Virus record (IMG/VR): IMGVR_UViG_3300037067_026422
Reading direction: 5' to 3' (one strand)
Source of the DNA: a virus
Lineage: Duplodnaviria; Caudoviricetes
Length of the DNA: 64,000 bases
Of the stretch, positions 1-9,081 are shown one piece after another (the first letter of the stretch is position 1; each line of letters starts with the position of its first letter). The notes under the pieces were generated by a model. It was given only the letters and a program-made list of their open reading frames with translations, ran no database searches and was not told the origin of the DNA. The translations under genes and the position numbers were made by a program.

Positions 1-2
1 AA

Positions 3-209
3 GCTCTGGAACAATGCCTCATCTTTGTGAATCTTGTAGCTGTAGCATCTAAACGTACCATACATATGCCAAGAATTGGTGCAGTTCGTTCGGGTGGGGA
101 CTGGACTACCATTGAAGCCCTAATACGAGAGATATCTAAAGTGGAAACTTATATCTATACTCTTGAAACAGAAAAAGATATGTGGAATACTATCTATGAA
201 AATATTTAA
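3..209 (+). CDS. Macrodomain protein (TARG1/Poa1p-like), C-terminal part, truncated by window edge
   Basis: Frame is open from position 3: ALEQCL...IHMPRIGAVRSGGDWTTIEALIRE, matching the macrodomain C-terminal motif MPRIGxGxxGGxW. Confidence 0.65.
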   Translation, partial: ALEQCLIFVNLVAVASKRTIHMPRIGAVRSGGDWTTIEALIREISKVETYIYTLETEKDMWNTIYENI

Positions 210-223
210 AGGAGTCCTTAGCT

Positions 224-706
224 ATGGGATATAACGTTTATTTTTATGTTGGACCGTACATCAAAGCTTATCCCCCTGGGGAAGAGTATACTTTGACTAT
301 GTACACCTGTACAAAAGAAGAATGTCCTAATCATGGGAGAGGCCTATCTGATTCAAAATTTTGCAGTATCTGTGGCAGTCCTACAGGAAGATGCGGTGTG
401 AAAAGAAAGCAGCCATTAAATATGCGTGCTTTCCTGGATAAGCATCTTGGTAATGAAAATATGTTCTCCGTGGTTTATCAAGAGGATATATCCTCTCAGG
501 ATAAAAAACCCTTTTGTCTCATTATACCAAATAATGAGAAACAGGGTGGATTACTTAAGGATGAAAATGACGCAGGTGAATATTCCCTCCCAAATCTTGA
601 TCAAGATTTCTATAAGCATGGCGATTGGAAACTCCTATGGGACAGATTATATGAGAAGCAGATATCTATTGAAGAAAAAATTGGCTGTATCATTTACTCC
701 CGATAA
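224..706 (+). CDS. Hypothetical protein with Zn-ribbon
   Basis: AAGGAG RBS; CTKEEC and FCSICG Cys pairs. Confidence 0.6.
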   Translation: MGYNVYFYVGPYIKAYPPGEEYTLTMYTCTKEECPNHGRGLSDSKFCSICGSPTGRCGVKRKQPLNMRAFLDKHLGNENMFSVVYQEDISSQDKKPFCLIIPNNEKQGGLLKDENDAGEYSLPNLDQDFYKHGDWKLLWDRLYEKQISIEEKIGCIIYSR

Positions 707-724
707 CTTGTAAAAGGAAATCTA

Positions 725-1264
725 ATGGAAGTAACAAATGTAAAAGTCTTACATAAAGAACCCTTTTTGTACCTAAACAGCTCCAGCTATATAAATAATG
801 CTGGTAAGCTTAAGTCCTGGACATGGGCTGGACGTCCCCACAATGTCAGCGCCGTCATGGTAGCCGCTACACATGGAGACAAGCTTGTCCTGATCAAAGA
901 ATTTCGGGTGCCCATCAATGGCTATATATGGGGATTTCCCGCGGGACTTGTTGAAAGGGGTGAATCTCCCGAGGATACCGCAAAAAGAGAAATCTTTGAA
1001 GAAACAGGATTGACCATCAGTAACTACATAAGATCGACCAGTCCCACCACTCGAACTTCCCCAGGTATGACGGATGAGAGATTAAGCATAGTCTTTGCCT
1101 GTGCCACAGGTATACCGAATACTCGTCTTCTGGAAGATACGGAAGACATTGAAGTTCATTTATTGACCAGAATAGAAGTTGCACATATCATCGAGCGAGG
1201 TGATGAAATTGATTCAAAAGCGTATTTAATAATGCTTCGTTTTGTAGAAGATGGAAAGATCTAA
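725..1264 (+). CDS. Nudix hydrolase, ADP-ribose pyrophosphatase-like
   Basis: Nudix box GLVERGESPEDTAKREIFEETG, plus EFRVP and SPGMTDE motifs typical of the NudF/ADPRase group. Confidence 0.85.
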   Translation: MEVTNVKVLHKEPFLYLNSSSYINNAGKLKSWTWAGRPHNVSAVMVAATHGDKLVLIKEFRVPINGYIWGFPAGLVERGESPEDTAKREIFEETGLTISNYIRSTSPTTRTSPGMTDERLSIVFACATGIPNTRLLEDTEDIEVHLLTRIEVAHIIERGDEIDSKAYLIMLRFVEDGKI

Positions 1265-1337
1265 TACGAGATTAAACCGAGTCTTCTTTTTTCTCTGCGC
1301 ATTGGATTATGTAATAACCATTTAATAGGAGGTACAT

Positions 1338-2147
1338 ATGCCTAAAAAAGTAGTGCTACTCACCATTGACCCACAAGTGGACTTTTGTTCGCCTAATGGG
1401 GCTCTTTTTGTCCCGGGTGCTGATAAAGATATGAAGCGCTTGGCTACTATGATAAAACGGACTAAAGGTGATATCGATGATATTATTTGTACCCTCGATT
1501 CACACAGGACTCTGCACATCGCCCATCCGATTTGGTGGGTGGGTTCCAATGGAAACCATCCGACACCGTTCACCCTGATCAACGAAGGTGATGTCCTTGG
1601 TCCCAATCCGAAATGGAGAGCCACCAATCCGGGATATCAAAAGCGATCAGTCGAATACGTCCAGAAGCTGGCGGCAAATAAACGCTATGTCCTTTGTATC
1701 TGGCCCCCGCACTGCAGAATAGGCAGCTCCGGGTACTGTGTTGAGCCTTGTACCTTTGATGCATTTTGTGAGTGGGAAGAACAGTTTGCAAGCGTTAACT
1801 ACGTTACAAAAGGTAGCAATATCTTTACCGAGCATTATTCAGCTCTGTGCGCAGATGTAATAGATTCGGAGGACATCAGTACGGGTCTTAATACTGATCT
1901 TCTCAAAGTCTTGCAGGACCCAGAGGTGGCATTGATTGGAATCAGCGGAGAAGCCTCATCTCACTGCCTAAGATTTACTGTTATGGATATTGCTGATAAT
2001 TTTGGTGAAGAGAATATTAAAAAAATGGTATTCTTGGAAGATACTGCCAGCCCTGTTTCAGGGTTTGAAGATAAAACTATCGAGTTTGTGGATATCATGA
2101 CAAAAAAAGGGATGCAAATCTCAACTTCAGACAAGTTCCTGAAATAA
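1338..2147 (+). CDS. Nicotinamidase/isochorismatase-family cysteine hydrolase
   Basis: IDPQVDF, DSH, WPPHC, TKGSN and GEASSHC give the Asp-Lys-Cys triad and metal ligands; GGAGG RBS. Confidence 0.85.
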   Translation: MPKKVVLLTIDPQVDFCSPNGALFVPGADKDMKRLATMIKRTKGDIDDIICTLDSHRTLHIAHPIWWVGSNGNHPTPFTLINEGDVLGPNPKWRATNPGYQKRSVEYVQKLAANKRYVLCIWPPHCRIGSSGYCVEPCTFDAFCEWEEQFASVNYVTKGSNIFTEHYSALCADVIDSEDISTGLNTDLLKVLQDPEVALIGISGEASSHCLRFTVMDIADNFGEENIKKMVFLEDTASPVSGFEDKTIEFVDIMTKKGMQISTSDKFLK

Positions 2148-2170
2148 GTTCACCTGTAGTGAATAAATTC

Positions 2171-2205
2171 TTCTGGGGCTGCAGCTTAAGCCTCGGGAGT
2201 TTCTT
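2171..2205 (+). terminator. Possible intrinsic terminator or hairpin
   Basis: TTCTGGGGCT pairs with AGCCTCGGGA (several G-U pairs), followed by GTTTCTT. Confidence 0.35.
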
Positions 2206-2217
2206 AAAAAGGACAGT

Positions 2218-3036
2218 ATGAATTATAAAGATATAAGTTTCAAAAAAGCTGAAGTGGTACAAAATTCTACCACCTACAATCGGGAAATGAGAAAATCATT
2301 AATTGATAAGATATTCTTTCTTGATAAGGTTGGAGATTCTTCTGTATTTATTGATTATGGATGTGCAGATGGATCCGTCCTTAAACTCGCTTCATCTATT
2401 ATTCCGGAGGCTTCCTACATTGGATATGATATATCTGAAGAGATGCTTGGCATAGCCATAAAATCCTGTGATTCTACTATACAATTCACAAATGATTTAG
2501 ATCTTCTGGGACGGCTGATCAGTGAGCAAAAGAAAAAAGGAAACAAAATCTGTATAAGTCTTCTGAGTCTCATACATGAAGTATATGCCTATGGTCCTGA
2601 TAGTGTCAAAAAATTTTGGGGATTTGTATTCAATACAGATTTGTTTGATTACATAGCCATACGAGATATGTGTGTGGCTAAAACAACAAGCCGTCCCTCG
2701 GATCCTATAAGTGTGGCTAAAATCAGGATGTTATATGATAAAAATATGCTATCGCAATGGGAATCAACTTGGGGCTCTTTAAATGAAAACTGGAGCTTGA
2801 CGCATTTTCTGCTGACTTATCAGTATGTTGATTCTTGGGATAGAGAACTTCATGAAAATTATCTACCACTTTGTCTGGAAGATCTTATGGCGCTGATTCC
2901 AAACGGATGGAAGCCAACATATCTTGAACATTATACCCTACCCTTTGTTCGGCAGAAAGTCTATGAGGATTTTGGTATGGATTTGCAAGACAGAACACAT
3001 GTTAAGATTATCTTAGAAAGATATGCTGGTAAGTAA
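2218..3036 (+). CDS. Class I SAM-dependent methyltransferase
   Basis: Motif I FIDYGCADG and motif II IGYDIS. Confidence 0.75.
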   Translation: MNYKDISFKKAEVVQNSTTYNREMRKSLIDKIFFLDKVGDSSVFIDYGCADGSVLKLASSIIPEASYIGYDISEEMLGIAIKSCDSTIQFTNDLDLLGRLISEQKKKGNKICISLLSLIHEVYAYGPDSVKKFWGFVFNTDLFDYIAIRDMCVAKTTSRPSDPISVAKIRMLYDKNMLSQWESTWGSLNENWSLTHFLLTYQYVDSWDRELHENYLPLCLEDLMALIPNGWKPTYLEHYTLPFVRQKVYEDFGMDLQDRTHVKIILERYAGK

Positions 3037-3085
3037 TACTTACGAAGTTAAATTTGCGTAACCTTAATGAATTAGTAACTATTGT

Positions 3086-3343
3086 ATGAACCAAGCCATT
3101 ATTAGAATAGGTTATGAAAATAGCAGTAGTGGTAGCAGAAGCTGTAGCAGTAGCAGTAGCAGGAGTGGTAGCTGGAGCAGGAGTGGTAGCAGTAGCTGGA
3201 GCAGTAGCTGGAGCAGGAGCTGTAGCTGGAGTGGTAGCAGTAGCGGTAGCTATAGCATTAGTGGTAGCAGTAGCTATAGCAGGAGCAGGAGCAGGAGTGG
3301 TAGCAGGAGTAGTAGCTATAGCTATAGCGGTGATAGCAAATAA
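3086..3343 (+). CDS. Ser/Arg/Gly/Trp-rich micro-protein, MNQAIIRIGY family, copy 1
   Basis: 10-aa leader is shared with the copies at 61357-61657; low-complexity core built from AGY codons. Confidence 0.65.
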   Translation: MNQAIIRIGYENSSSGSRSCSSSSSRSGSWSRSGSSSWSSSWSRSCSWSGSSSGSYSISGSSSYSRSRSRSGSRSSSYSYSGDSK

Positions 3344-3430
3344 ATCTTTATGAAAAAGCACAAGCATAAATTTAATAAAAATAGATAATATTAAATACTT
3401 AATCCACAAACCTTTTAAAAAGGAATACAT

Positions 3431-4180
3431 ATGCCAAAATTAATGGGTAAAGATGAGCATCAAACTCATCAAACGTTACATGGATTTCAGTTCAGTGCAG
3501 CAAAAGTCGAAACTTTAGGAGCATCCGATTACACAATCGTGACCGTTGTACAGGATAAATCTGGGTCGGTTTCTTCTTTCTCCACAGACATGGAAGCCAC
3601 ACTTCAGAAAATCATCGAAGCTTGTCAAAAAAGCCCTAGGTCTCAAAACCTTCTCATACGCCTTGTCACCTTCAATGATGATGTCCAGGAGGTACACGGT
3701 TTTGTAGAACTCAATAACATCAATGCAGGTCAATACTCCGGTGTCCTGGACAAATGTTATGGATCAACTGCCCTCAATGATGCATCCCTGAATAGTGCCG
3801 AAGCTATCGAAGCTTATGGGCAACAGCTGTCCAGTATGGATTTTAGAAGTAATGCCGTCATGTTTGTCATCACTGATGGACAGGACAATGTATCCGTAGT
3901 CGCCAGAGACCCAGCTGTTCTAAAAAAAGCGTTCAAGAAGATCAAAACCAGTGAAATTGTTGAGTCTTTCCAAACTGTTCTTGTCGGAGTGGGTACCGAC
4001 CCGAACATTATCAGTGATCTCAAAAAATTTAAAGATGATGCAGGATTTGATCAATTCGTGGAGATGGGTGCTGCGACCCCCTCCAAATTAGCAAAGTTGG
4101 CGGATTTCATCAGCAAAAGTATTAGTTCGACCAGTCAGGCTCTTGGAACCGGTCAACCTTCACAACCTCTTACTTTCTAA
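3431..4180 (+). CDS. vWA domain protein (TerY-like)
   Basis: MIDAS motif DKSGS, GSTAL and VITDG. Confidence 0.85.
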   Translation: MPKLMGKDEHQTHQTLHGFQFSAAKVETLGASDYTIVTVVQDKSGSVSSFSTDMEATLQKIIEACQKSPRSQNLLIRLVTFNDDVQEVHGFVELNNINAGQYSGVLDKCYGSTALNDASLNSAEAIEAYGQQLSSMDFRSNAVMFVITDGQDNVSVVARDPAVLKKAFKKIKTSEIVESFQTVLVGVGTDPNIISDLKKFKDDAGFDQFVEMGAATPSKLAKLADFISKSISSTSQALGTGQPSQPLTF

Positions 4181-4265
4181 TGATATCTTATAAGATGTGG
4201 TTGAGACTATGCCCCAGCCACATCTTTTGTTTAAAAATGTAGGTCACAAAAGTATATTAAGTCTT

Positions 4266-4583
4266 ATGAGCCTTGTTAATAATGATTTTATGTGTCCAGA
4301 ATGCAAAAAATGCTTTTCATTCTTCTTGAATCTTGAGCTAAGCAATAACTATCGAATACATTGCCCCATCTGTGGGCATATGCACTATAGAAAAGTTTCT
4401 CAGGGTATCATAACTGATATAAGATTCACCGGAGAAGGTGACGGTATCCTTATAGAAGATATCTATCCAATGAAATCATCTTGCAAGGATGCCGTAGAAG
4501 ATACTGACAAAGATAGCTATTTTTACTGTAAAGCAGGAGAAGGATTTTTACATCGAAGATGGAAAGAAACGGTAAGTCAATAA
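4266..4583 (+). CDS. Zn-finger hypothetical protein
   Basis: FMCPEC and CPICGHMH; the ATG at 4266 is preferred over the GTG at 4197. Confidence 0.55.
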   Translation: MSLVNNDFMCPECKKCFSFFLNLELSNNYRIHCPICGHMHYRKVSQGIITDIRFTGEGDGILIEDIYPMKSSCKDAVEDTDKDSYFYCKAGEGFLHRRWKETVSQ

Positions 4584-4584
4584 T

Positions 4585-4893
4585 ATGCGTACATATAAAT
4601 TTCCATGTAGGCACCTCAGCTACCAAGAAGAAGATATGCAAATACTTGATCTGGACTATATCGTCTCGGTAGGGACTGCAAATGACTTCCATTATGAAGG
4701 TTCCTCTTGGAGAGAATCTCATGTAGAGTTCACAGTATATATAAAAATTGGGCAACCTATTGTTATACGTATTTTATCAGGAACAACAGGAAAGTGCCCA
4801 TCTAATTTCATAAGATGGGCCAATGAAGAACGACTTAAACTTATAAAAGCTTGGGAAAATAAAGATAAAACCAATCCAGAGGAATCAATATGA
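4585..4893 (+). CDS. Hypothetical protein
   Basis: Tightly packed ORF, ATGA overlap with the next gene. Confidence 0.55.
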   Translation: MRTYKFPCRHLSYQEEDMQILDLDYIVSVGTANDFHYEGSSWRESHVEFTVYIKIGQPIVIRILSGTTGKCPSNFIRWANEERLKLIKAWENKDKTNPEESI

Positions 4894-5225
4894 GTAAGAA
4901 ATTTCTAAAGATGCCAATAAAAAAAGATAAAAGTATCCTTAAAGAAGGGACTATCGGAGATCTTAAATATAAAATATTTGATCGAGGTAATATACAGATC
5001 TCAGAGGGGGATAAAATTTTCAGGAAAGAACTCACAATTCTTGAGAGGGTTCTTTCTGAAACAAATTATGAAACAATGAAAGAGGGAGACAGTATAAAGA
5101 TTGATGGTGCTGGAGATACTGACCCCCTTTTCATATACAAAGAAAAAGGGGTCATCGGATTGCGCTTGAGAAAAAACCTTCCGGTTATCATCAATGAACT
5201 CTTATCCATTATAGACTCCGTGTGA
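4890..5225 (+). CDS. Hypothetical protein
   Basis: ORF overlapping the previous stop. Confidence 0.55.
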   Translation: MSKKFLKMPIKKDKSILKEGTIGDLKYKIFDRGNIQISEGDKIFRKELTILERVLSETNYETMKEGDSIKIDGAGDTDPLFIYKEKGVIGLRLRKNLPVIINELLSIIDSV

Positions 5226-5265
5226 TAGTGTACAGTATAGCTTATTACTTAATCAGGAGAAACAT

Positions 5266-5520
5266 TTGTCAAAGATAGACCTTCAGAGTGCTATAGATGC
5301 TGAATATCGAATCGATCAGTTGTTTCTTGAGTGTGATTTTTCAGCAAATCATCCAGTAATGCTTGATTGGGTAGCAATTAAATTTGCCTTGAAAAATGCC
5401 AGGCAGATTACCAAGAACACGGGACTACAACCAACAAACACCTGCGATCATATTTTTCGCAGTGACGGAAACCAAGTTAAGTGTACTGTGTGCAATGCTA
5501 TTTATGATCTCAAATGCTAA
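5266..5520 (+). CDS. Hypothetical protein with C-terminal CxH/CxxC
   Basis: AGGAG RBS before the TTG start. Confidence 0.45.
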   Translation: MSKIDLQSAIDAEYRIDQLFLECDFSANHPVMLDWVAIKFALKNARQITKNTGLQPTNTCDHIFRSDGNQVKCTVCNAIYDLKC

Positions 5521-5553
5521 CAATGATATTTAATACTTTAAAAGGATAGCGTT

Positions 5554-5970
5554 ATGGAACAAATGTTGGTAATGGATCGCACTCTTGTGTGGGATCCCTG
5601 TCGATTGAAAGAAATCGATGAGGCAAAGGCACTATTTTTAAAATTTAAAAAACTTGGTCATACCATCATAAAAGCCAATGGCAGTCTTATGGAAAGATTT
5701 GAACCAGCTGCAGGACAGGCTACTGTTCTTGCTGAACAAATTAAATCCAATGTCATGAAAATACTCAATGATACTGGAGACGAAAGAATCATATGGACCA
5801 AAGAAAATGGAAAACAAGCAAAGAAAGCCAAAGAGACCTTCGAGGAATTAATAAAAAAAGGATACACAGCATATAGTGTGGGACGCGACGGCAATAAAAA
5901 GAACAAGATCACGGAGTTTGATGTTGACGCCGAAGAAATCATATTGATCCCTAAAACTTCCAAAGGTTGA
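5554..5970 (+). CDS. Protein with an internally duplicated ~65-aa domain and C-terminal Gly
   Basis: Two repeats of W..(A)K..F....K.G......F; ends IILIPKTSKG. Confidence 0.65.
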   Translation: MEQMLVMDRTLVWDPCRLKEIDEAKALFLKFKKLGHTIIKANGSLMERFEPAAGQATVLAEQIKSNVMKILNDTGDERIIWTKENGKQAKKAKETFEELIKKGYTAYSVGRDGNKKNKITEFDVDAEEIILIPKTSKG

Positions 5971-6029
5971 TTAGCTGAAGTCTTGCTAATGACTGTACAT
6001 TATCTTGAAGTAATCAAAGGAAATTAAAA

Positions 6030-6722
6030 ATGGATCCGGATAATATTTATACAAACAGCATTTGGAATACTGCTCATACACCTACAGTACTTTATAGCAC
6101 CAATACCTTGGGTAACAGGGATGAAATTGTCTATCTACGCAATAACGGTTATACCACTACAGGGACATACAATTTTACGTATTTATACAATGGTTATACC
6201 TACAGAGGGACAGACCTGAGCATAAGCTATGATGAAGAGTATCCAGGATATATTTCAAAATGGACCTACAATCCTCATTGGGATTTTAAAATACAATTCC
6301 CATATATGACTCAGTTTGATATGCCCCAAGACACTGCGGTTGATGCAAAACGGCGTGAAATAAAAAGCAACCTCACCATCATCATAAAGAGCAGGACACA
6401 GGAACTTAAAAATATCCCAACAAATGAATGGGTAGCTATGCAAACTCTTCGGGAGATGGTCACTGAAGCGGAGTTCAGAAAATACCTGAAAGATGGATTC
6501 ATCACTATTAAAGGGCAAAGTGGGAAAGTATATCAAATATTCCGGAACCGACCACATACCAAGGTCTATGAGCAAGGGAAACTTATTGAGGAAATTTGTG
6601 TTAGGTTGGATTATAGTATCCCGGCTACCGATAGTGTTATTGCTTTCAAAACTATGATAGAGACTGATGAGGAACTTTTTGCATCCCTCGGTAACCGATA
6701 TAATATGCAGAAAGCTGCTTAA
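6030..6722 (+). CDS. Hypothetical protein with a C-terminal globular domain containing one Cys
   Basis: GQSGKVYQI..EICV..PATD..MIETDEELF. Confidence 0.6.
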   Translation: MDPDNIYTNSIWNTAHTPTVLYSTNTLGNRDEIVYLRNNGYTTTGTYNFTYLYNGYTYRGTDLSISYDEEYPGYISKWTYNPHWDFKIQFPYMTQFDMPQDTAVDAKRREIKSNLTIIIKSRTQELKNIPTNEWVAMQTLREMVTEAEFRKYLKDGFITIKGQSGKVYQIFRNRPHTKVYEQGKLIEEICVRLDYSIPATDSVIAFKTMIETDEELFASLGNRYNMQKAA

Positions 6723-7015
6723 TGTTAAAAAAGATGATTTTCTTGATTAGCATGTTTCTGCTAACCATTACATATGCATATGATAGCATTTTGACAAGAT
6801 ATGCTGGAGTAGTAGAAGACATAAAATATGTTAGGGAGTCAAAAACAGGATACCTGTTCGTAGTTTGTACTGATAATGATCGTATCTATCAAATACTCAG
6901 TAATGGATTACCTTATTTCGGAGTAGGGGATACAGTCATGGAATATTGGTTTGATTATAAAATGAAAGGTATTGGTAAGAAAAATAAACTGTATTATTAT
7001 ACTGTAGTAAAGTGA
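6722..7015 (+). CDS. Hypothetical secreted protein
   Basis: Signal-peptide-like N-terminus; TAATG coupling to the previous gene. Confidence 0.55.
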   Translation: MLKKMIFLISMFLLTITYAYDSILTRYAGVVEDIKYVRESKTGYLFVVCTDNDRIYQILSNGLPYFGVGDTVMEYWFDYKMKGIGKKNKLYYYTVVK

Positions 7016-7118
7016 GGAGAATAGACACAGTGCTACCAATTATTCTTTAATGTGCCTGATTCCTGTTCTTTAGAAAAAAGGCAAAGCTTATTAAACACAT
7101 TATAGAGGAGATTAAATT

Positions 7119-7688
7119 ATGCTTCGTTTACCACTAATAGTCATTATAATAATGACTTCAATGTCTTACACACAGGCTCAAGACTCCACCATAAGTATTA
7201 AAGTATCAGATCTTGAAAAACTTGTCCCGGGAGCTTCAGTAGCTTTGAAAAAGGCTACCGAAGTTGAAGCTACTGAAGCTGCTCTTGAAAAACGAATAGA
7301 ACGATACGGCAGTTATGTGGGAGTTGGTAAAGAAATAGGAATAGCCGTCAACAGTGCCCTCGAAGCAGTAAATGACCAGGTAGTCAAATTTTCCGAAACA
7401 AAATTAGGAAAGATCACTGTTTTCCTAGTAGTATGGAAAGTTTTATATAAAGATGTCTTAGGTATAATAATAGGTATCCCACTATTATTAGGATGGACGG
7501 CTATCTTCGTATGGGTGATGGTTTATTTTTTCATGAAAAGAAAAATCAAATACACGGACAAAAACGGGCAAGTAGTTGAAGAAATTGTCGATAATGATTG
7601 GAACGATAATAAATGGGCAGGCATTGCCGTGACTGGAATCGGTTATGTTGTTATAGCTTGGGTAATTGTTGGGGGTGTAATACTATGA
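7119..7688 (+). CDS. Hypothetical membrane protein
   Basis: GAGGAG RBS, signal peptide and 2-3 hydrophobic segments. Confidence 0.65.
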   Translation: MLRLPLIVIIIMTSMSYTQAQDSTISIKVSDLEKLVPGASVALKKATEVEATEAALEKRIERYGSYVGVGKEIGIAVNSALEAVNDQVVKFSETKLGKITVFLVVWKVLYKDVLGIIIGIPLLLGWTAIFVWVMVYFFMKRKIKYTDKNGQVVEEIVDNDWNDNKWAGIAVTGIGYVVIAWVIVGGVIL

Positions 7689-8542
7689 ACGTGAATGCCT
7701 ATTTTCAAATTGGATCCTCGCACAAAGTATGCGAAGACTATGCCCTCTCTGGGCTGTATGAAGATATGGCCTATATCATAGTTTCTGATGGATGCTCCTC
7801 TTCCACAGACAGTGATGTAGGAGCCCGTATCCTGTCTCATATAGCTAAAGGTGTCCTGATTTATCTTAAGGGAAGAGATATTCTACTATCAGAAGCATTC
7901 CCGGATATCTTTCGGGAGCTTATGCTGAGAAAGTGTCTGGAAGTAAAAACCTCATTAGGGCTTATCACAGATGTATTTGATGCTACACTACTCATAAGTG
8001 TAGTCTTAGGTGGTAAAATGGTATGCTTGGGATGGGGAGATGGATATCTTGCTCTTGTGGACAAGAACAACACTATCAACTTTTTAGAGATCAAGTTTTC
8101 ATCCGGAGCCCCCTACTATCTCTCTTATGAAATGAACCCAAGTAAGAAAAGTGCCTATCAAAAAGAATTTGGGGGAGGTGAGTTATGTCTCACCCAATGT
8201 ACATTAGATTCCTCTGGAGGAATGTCTAATCTTGTCACTAAAAGTTCTCCAATACAATATCAGCACACTTTAGAAATAGCGGATAATATTACCGGTCTTA
8301 AATGTATAACACTATTGAGTGACGGCATCGACACCTATCAAGATGACCCCAGATTCCAGCATCCTGAGGGAAAAGAGAAACTCAAGTACAAAGCCTCAGA
8401 AATGGTGTTACCCCTGGTCTCTTATAAGAGTACTGCCGGAGAATTTGTCATACGAAGAATGCAGCGCAATAAAGAGGATCTGGACAAGAAGCATATCCTT
8501 CATTTTGATGATGTGTCCTGTGCAACCATAGTACTGGACTAA
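7685..8542 (+). CDS. PP2C-like protein phosphatase (TerY-P type)
   Basis: HKVCEDY, VSDGCSS, GDG, SDG and DDVS motifs; ATG at 7685 overlaps the upstream TGA. Confidence 0.85.
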   Translation: MNVNAYFQIGSSHKVCEDYALSGLYEDMAYIIVSDGCSSSTDSDVGARILSHIAKGVLIYLKGRDILLSEAFPDIFRELMLRKCLEVKTSLGLITDVFDATLLISVVLGGKMVCLGWGDGYLALVDKNNTINFLEIKFSSGAPYYLSYEMNPSKKSAYQKEFGGGELCLTQCTLDSSGGMSNLVTKSSPIQYQHTLEIADNITGLKCITLLSDGIDTYQDDPRFQHPEGKEKLKYKASEMVLPLVSYKSTAGEFVIRRMQRNKEDLDKKHILHFDDVSCATIVLD

Positions 8543-8562
8543 TTATTTACCCTAACATAAGG

Positions 8563-8850
8563 ATGGGTGTCATGGAAGCTAACGAAGCAGTTATTAATTT
8601 TGAGAATCAAGAGAAGCTTGATGCCTTCGTGAACAATTTCCCGGAGAATCAGCATATTGTAATGGACGAAGATAGTCTTAGGATACATTGCTACTTTCGT
8701 ATGGTAGAAGGTAACTACCAAAGAACAACTGTCCAAATAAAAAAAGAAAATGAAAGCTTATTTGAGGTAAAAACTTCTGTGGGAGGTGGCATAATATTAC
8801 TCGACAAAAACCAGACGGATTTATTTGATTTGGAACCCGTATTTGCCTGA
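8563..8850 (+). CDS. Hypothetical protein
   Basis: ORF in the co-directional array. Confidence 0.5.
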   Translation: MGVMEANEAVINFENQEKLDAFVNNFPENQHIVMDEDSLRIHCYFRMVEGNYQRTTVQIKKENESLFEVKTSVGGGIILLDKNQTDLFDLEPVFA

Positions 8851-8875
8851 TATTAGTAGATAATATTTGAGCTTG

Positions 8876-8894
8876 ATTAATTAATTAATTAATT
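8876..8894. repeat. (TTAA)4 palindromic microsatellite
   Basis: ATTAATTAATTAATTAATT in an intergenic region. Confidence 0.8.
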
Positions 8895-8946
8895 TTATTT
8901 TAGTATATTATATACACAAAAAGCTGCATAAATAAAGGAGATAGTA

Positions 8947-9078
8947 ATGGATGGGGAAGTAAAAAAGGTGTTATTTGGTGTAGGAGCTATAATAATAGCT
9001 ATAATCACCATTGCCGGAGTATTAGGGAAAGATGTAGGAAGTATAATAACAACTATTTTAATGGCTATCGCTAAGTAG
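8947..9078 (+). CDS. Small 43-aa membrane protein (absent from the ORF track)
   Basis: AAGGAG RBS; MDGEVKKVLFGVGAIIIAIITIAGVLGKDVGSIITTILMAIAK; stop lies 3 nt before the kinase ATG. Confidence 0.6.
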   Translation: MDGEVKKVLFGVGAIIIAIITIAGVLGKDVGSIITTILMAIAK

Positions 9079-9081
9079 AAT

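Noticed and set aside
3114-3353. Hydrophobic Ala/Val/Gly ORFs (also 61224-61433 and 61357-61617) and the antisense Ala/Thr/Pro ORF 3008-3430
   Set aside because: These are alternative-frame shadows of the AGY repeats. Leader substitutions are synonymous or conservative only in the Ser frame.
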